Shown here: piece by piece, positions 60,601-61,574 of the stretch
Position numbering within the stretch: the stretch's first letter is position 1
Layout: the number at the start of each line of letters is the position of its first letter
Assembly: GCA_012269595.1 (NCBI GenBank)
Contig: JAAXJX010000050.1
Span: 1,612 to 63,185 of the forward strand
Origin: Planctomycetia bacterium
Lineage (GTDB): Bacteria; Planctomycetota; UBA8108; UBA1146
Length of the DNA: 61,574 bases
Direction of reading: 5' to 3'
The notes under the pieces: generated by a model
What the model was told of the DNA's origin: nothing
What the model saw: only the letters and a program-made list of their open reading frames with translations
The model's database searches: none
Translations under genes and position numbers: made by a program

Positions 60601-61574
60601 ACGAACTGCCGACCATCACCAATGTTCCGGCAGACGTGGTCCTCAACAATGATGAAGACCTTTGTGGTGCTGCCTACGTCTGGGAAGAGCCGGCTCTTTC
60701 CGACAACTGCGGTGCACCTGCGCTGACCTCCAGCCTCCAGTCGGGACACGTCTTCCCCGTTGGAACGACCTTCGTCAGCCTGACCGTAGACGACGGAAAC
60801 TCCAACCTTGTGGAGACCGGATTCACCGTCACCGTTGTCGATAACACCTCTCCCCTGATCTCCAGAATGCCCGCTGATATCGTCATCGAGGCTGATCAGG
60901 GTGGCTGTGACACTCTCGTCGAGTGGGAAGAGCCAGAGGCTGCCGACAACTGCGGAGTTTCTACCCTCGTCGCCAACAATGTCCCGGGAGTCTACGCCGT
61001 CGGAACCACGGAAGTGGTCTACACGGCTCAGGATATTCACGGCAACATCACCCTTGAGTCTTTCACTGTGACAGTGGTCGACAGTCAGTCGCCGGAGCTT
61101 TCCGGTCTGCCCGTTGATCTTTCCACCGATAACCTTTTGGGTCTTTGTGGCGCAAACCTTGCCTGGCCTGAGCCGAGTGCCGCAGACAACTGTGGCGTGG
61201 ATAGCATCGAATCCACCCATTCCCCGGGTGACGAGTTCCCTGTGGGAATCACGACCGTCATTTACACGGTGACTGATATCAACGGTAACGTGACCAATGA
61301 GTCGTTCCAGGTGACCATTCACGACGTGGACGCTCCTGAGATCGACAACATGCCCGCCGACATCACCACGACCAATGACGAAGGTGACTGTGGCGCACTG
61401 GTCAGCTGGGCTGAGCCGGTGGCATGGGACAACTGTGAAGTGATCGAACTCGTCTCGAGCCATGAGAATGGCGGATTCTTCCCGGTGGGCACCACTGAGG
61501 TGACCTACACCGCGAAAGATGACTCCGATCTGGAGTACAGCGAGTCCTTCCTGATCACCGTTTCCGACGACGAA
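57699..61574 (+). CDS. Giant secreted protein, 3' end truncated: DCNxNG repeats, FG-GAP propeller, 15 further DCNxNG repeats, at least 7 HYR domains
   Basis: Absent from the ORF track because it has no stop in the window. GGAGG RBS; MKTSPLAFLVFVIHLVAVTTFVGAQ signal; FGYSVAI..LLVVGAP...GAAYIY blades; HYR units from about 59868. Confidence 0.9.
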   Translation, partial: MKTSPLAFLVFVIHLVAVTTFVGAQCDPVVDCNGNGVLDSCDIADHNSDDCDGDGIPDECQISSDPSLDCNQDLILDACESSLEQILNGSGSDYGKGLDMTSNWLAIGAPNHSTGGNSVGAVHLYRNIGSSWVSAGMLQAPSLSDGAEFGYSVAITDDLLVVGAPGTDSISNSDEGAAYIYRRSGLNWILEQVLEPAGSNSDAEFGISVDVDGERVAVGAWYALTTSDSGSVYLYSNDGNGWNLDQLIESPDSSGDKHFGASIELSGDFVAVSDPRADAGPVDDAGAVYIYRAFNASLWAFSQKITSSSPVDGGKFGYSIDLQDGQLFVGAPNSGSDARGEAHLFTLGGSIFSFEIAFTGLSSNSNLGQDVAVADGGLAAGAWKANGNLGQVLVFQKDANGTYQFESFDPQGAQSGDRFGERVAAGGRWIAGASLVDSYVALDRLIDLPDCDENGVDDPCDIFLGNSQDCNQDGKPDSCQIADGEVSDCNLDGIPDSCQLDDGSEPDCNLNGVIDSCDIDFGTSDDCNHNQIPDDCESDCNQNDIEDSCEIAAGTAADCNSNGLLDECDLIAGTDTDCNNNSILDGCEIADGNATDCDENGILDVCDILLDFNNDCNSNQILDSCEIANGTAFDCNNNSKPDICDVAFGISPDCDNDLIPDECELQDGSEPDCNGNNIPDSCDILAGIEQDCEGNGIPDTCDVANGALDCNENNVPDVCEVDVDTQLPTFEGLSGDLSISALEGSCEAPATWSEPTVTDDCGVASVVSSHTSGDSFPVGDTLVTYTATDVSGNVNTASFTVTITDDQLPSIANGPTDISVSNDAGTCQAVVSWDEPSAADNCGIADLSSNHSATDSFPVGTTTVTYTATDVNGNQTTHSFNVTVSDDDLPAIHGLPGPVFVNSNPGFCTAAVSWPAPTFSDNCDDVTVDVNYQSGSAFTVGVTLVTYTVTDAAGNVAEASFELTVLDNELPTITNVPADVVLNNDEDLCGAAYVWEEPALSDNCGAPALTSSLQSGHVFPVGTTFVSLTVDDGNSNLVETGFTVTVVDNTSPLISRMPADIVIEADQGGCDTLVEWEEPEAADNCGVSTLVANNVPGVYAVGTTEVVYTAQDIHGNITLESFTVTVVDSQSPELSGLPVDLSTDNLLGLCGANLAWPEPSAADNCGVDSIESTHSPGDEFPVGITTVIYTVTDINGNVTNESFQVTIHDVDAPEIDNMPADITTTNDEGDCGALVSWAEPVAWDNCEVIELVSSHENGGFFPVGTTEVTYTAKDDSDLEYSESFLITVSDDE
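59046..59855 (+). repeat. Tandem array of 15 coding repeats (mostly 57 bp) encoding DC(N/D)x(N/D)xxxDxC
   Basis: Direct translation: DCDENGVDDPC, DCNQDGKPDSC, DCNLDGIPDSC ... DCNENNVPDVC, mostly at a 19-aa period. Confidence 0.9.

Noticed and set aside
59649-61463. 604-aa minus-strand ORF, and similar ones at 57534-58472 and 59111-59971
   Set aside because: Antisense shadows of the real plus-strand giant gene starting at 57699.

Overview
A gene-dense bacterial chromosomal segment, most likely from a Planctomycetota genome. That call is an inference from the PVC-type CxxCH protein, DUF1579-like and DUF6797-like proteins, a secreted sulfatase and dockerin-tailed secreted proteins. Housekeeping content: 3' part of leuS, fumC, alkA-like glycosylase, crcB/fluc, TrmH methyltransferase, katG, tRNA-Arg(CCT), hemL, ggt, msrP, pckA and a ccsA-hemA-hemC-hemD-hemE-hemY operon. 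I saw no mobile element or CRISPR array. Main points of interest: (1) A candidate cohesin-dockerin surface-assembly system. It comprises a small, apparently highly expressed, almost Lys/Arg/His-free protein with two cohesin-like domains and its own dockerin (40957-42204), two other dockerin-tailed secreted proteins (an EEP nuclease/phosphatase and a 22-HYR giant), and a paralogous giant missed by the ORF track (57699 to the window end). (2) A hidden selenoprotein candidate: a secreted thioredoxin-fold protein split by an in-frame TGA at a U-x-x-C site and followed by a SECIS-like hairpin (25285-26229). (3) An ArsC/fRMsr (GAF) fusion. (4) A long G.U-containing RNA hairpin in the 638-nt region upstream of the cohesin gene. 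(5) A coiled-coil plus winged-helix, Rok-like nucleoid protein candidate. All family assignments are by eye from motifs; no database searches were run.
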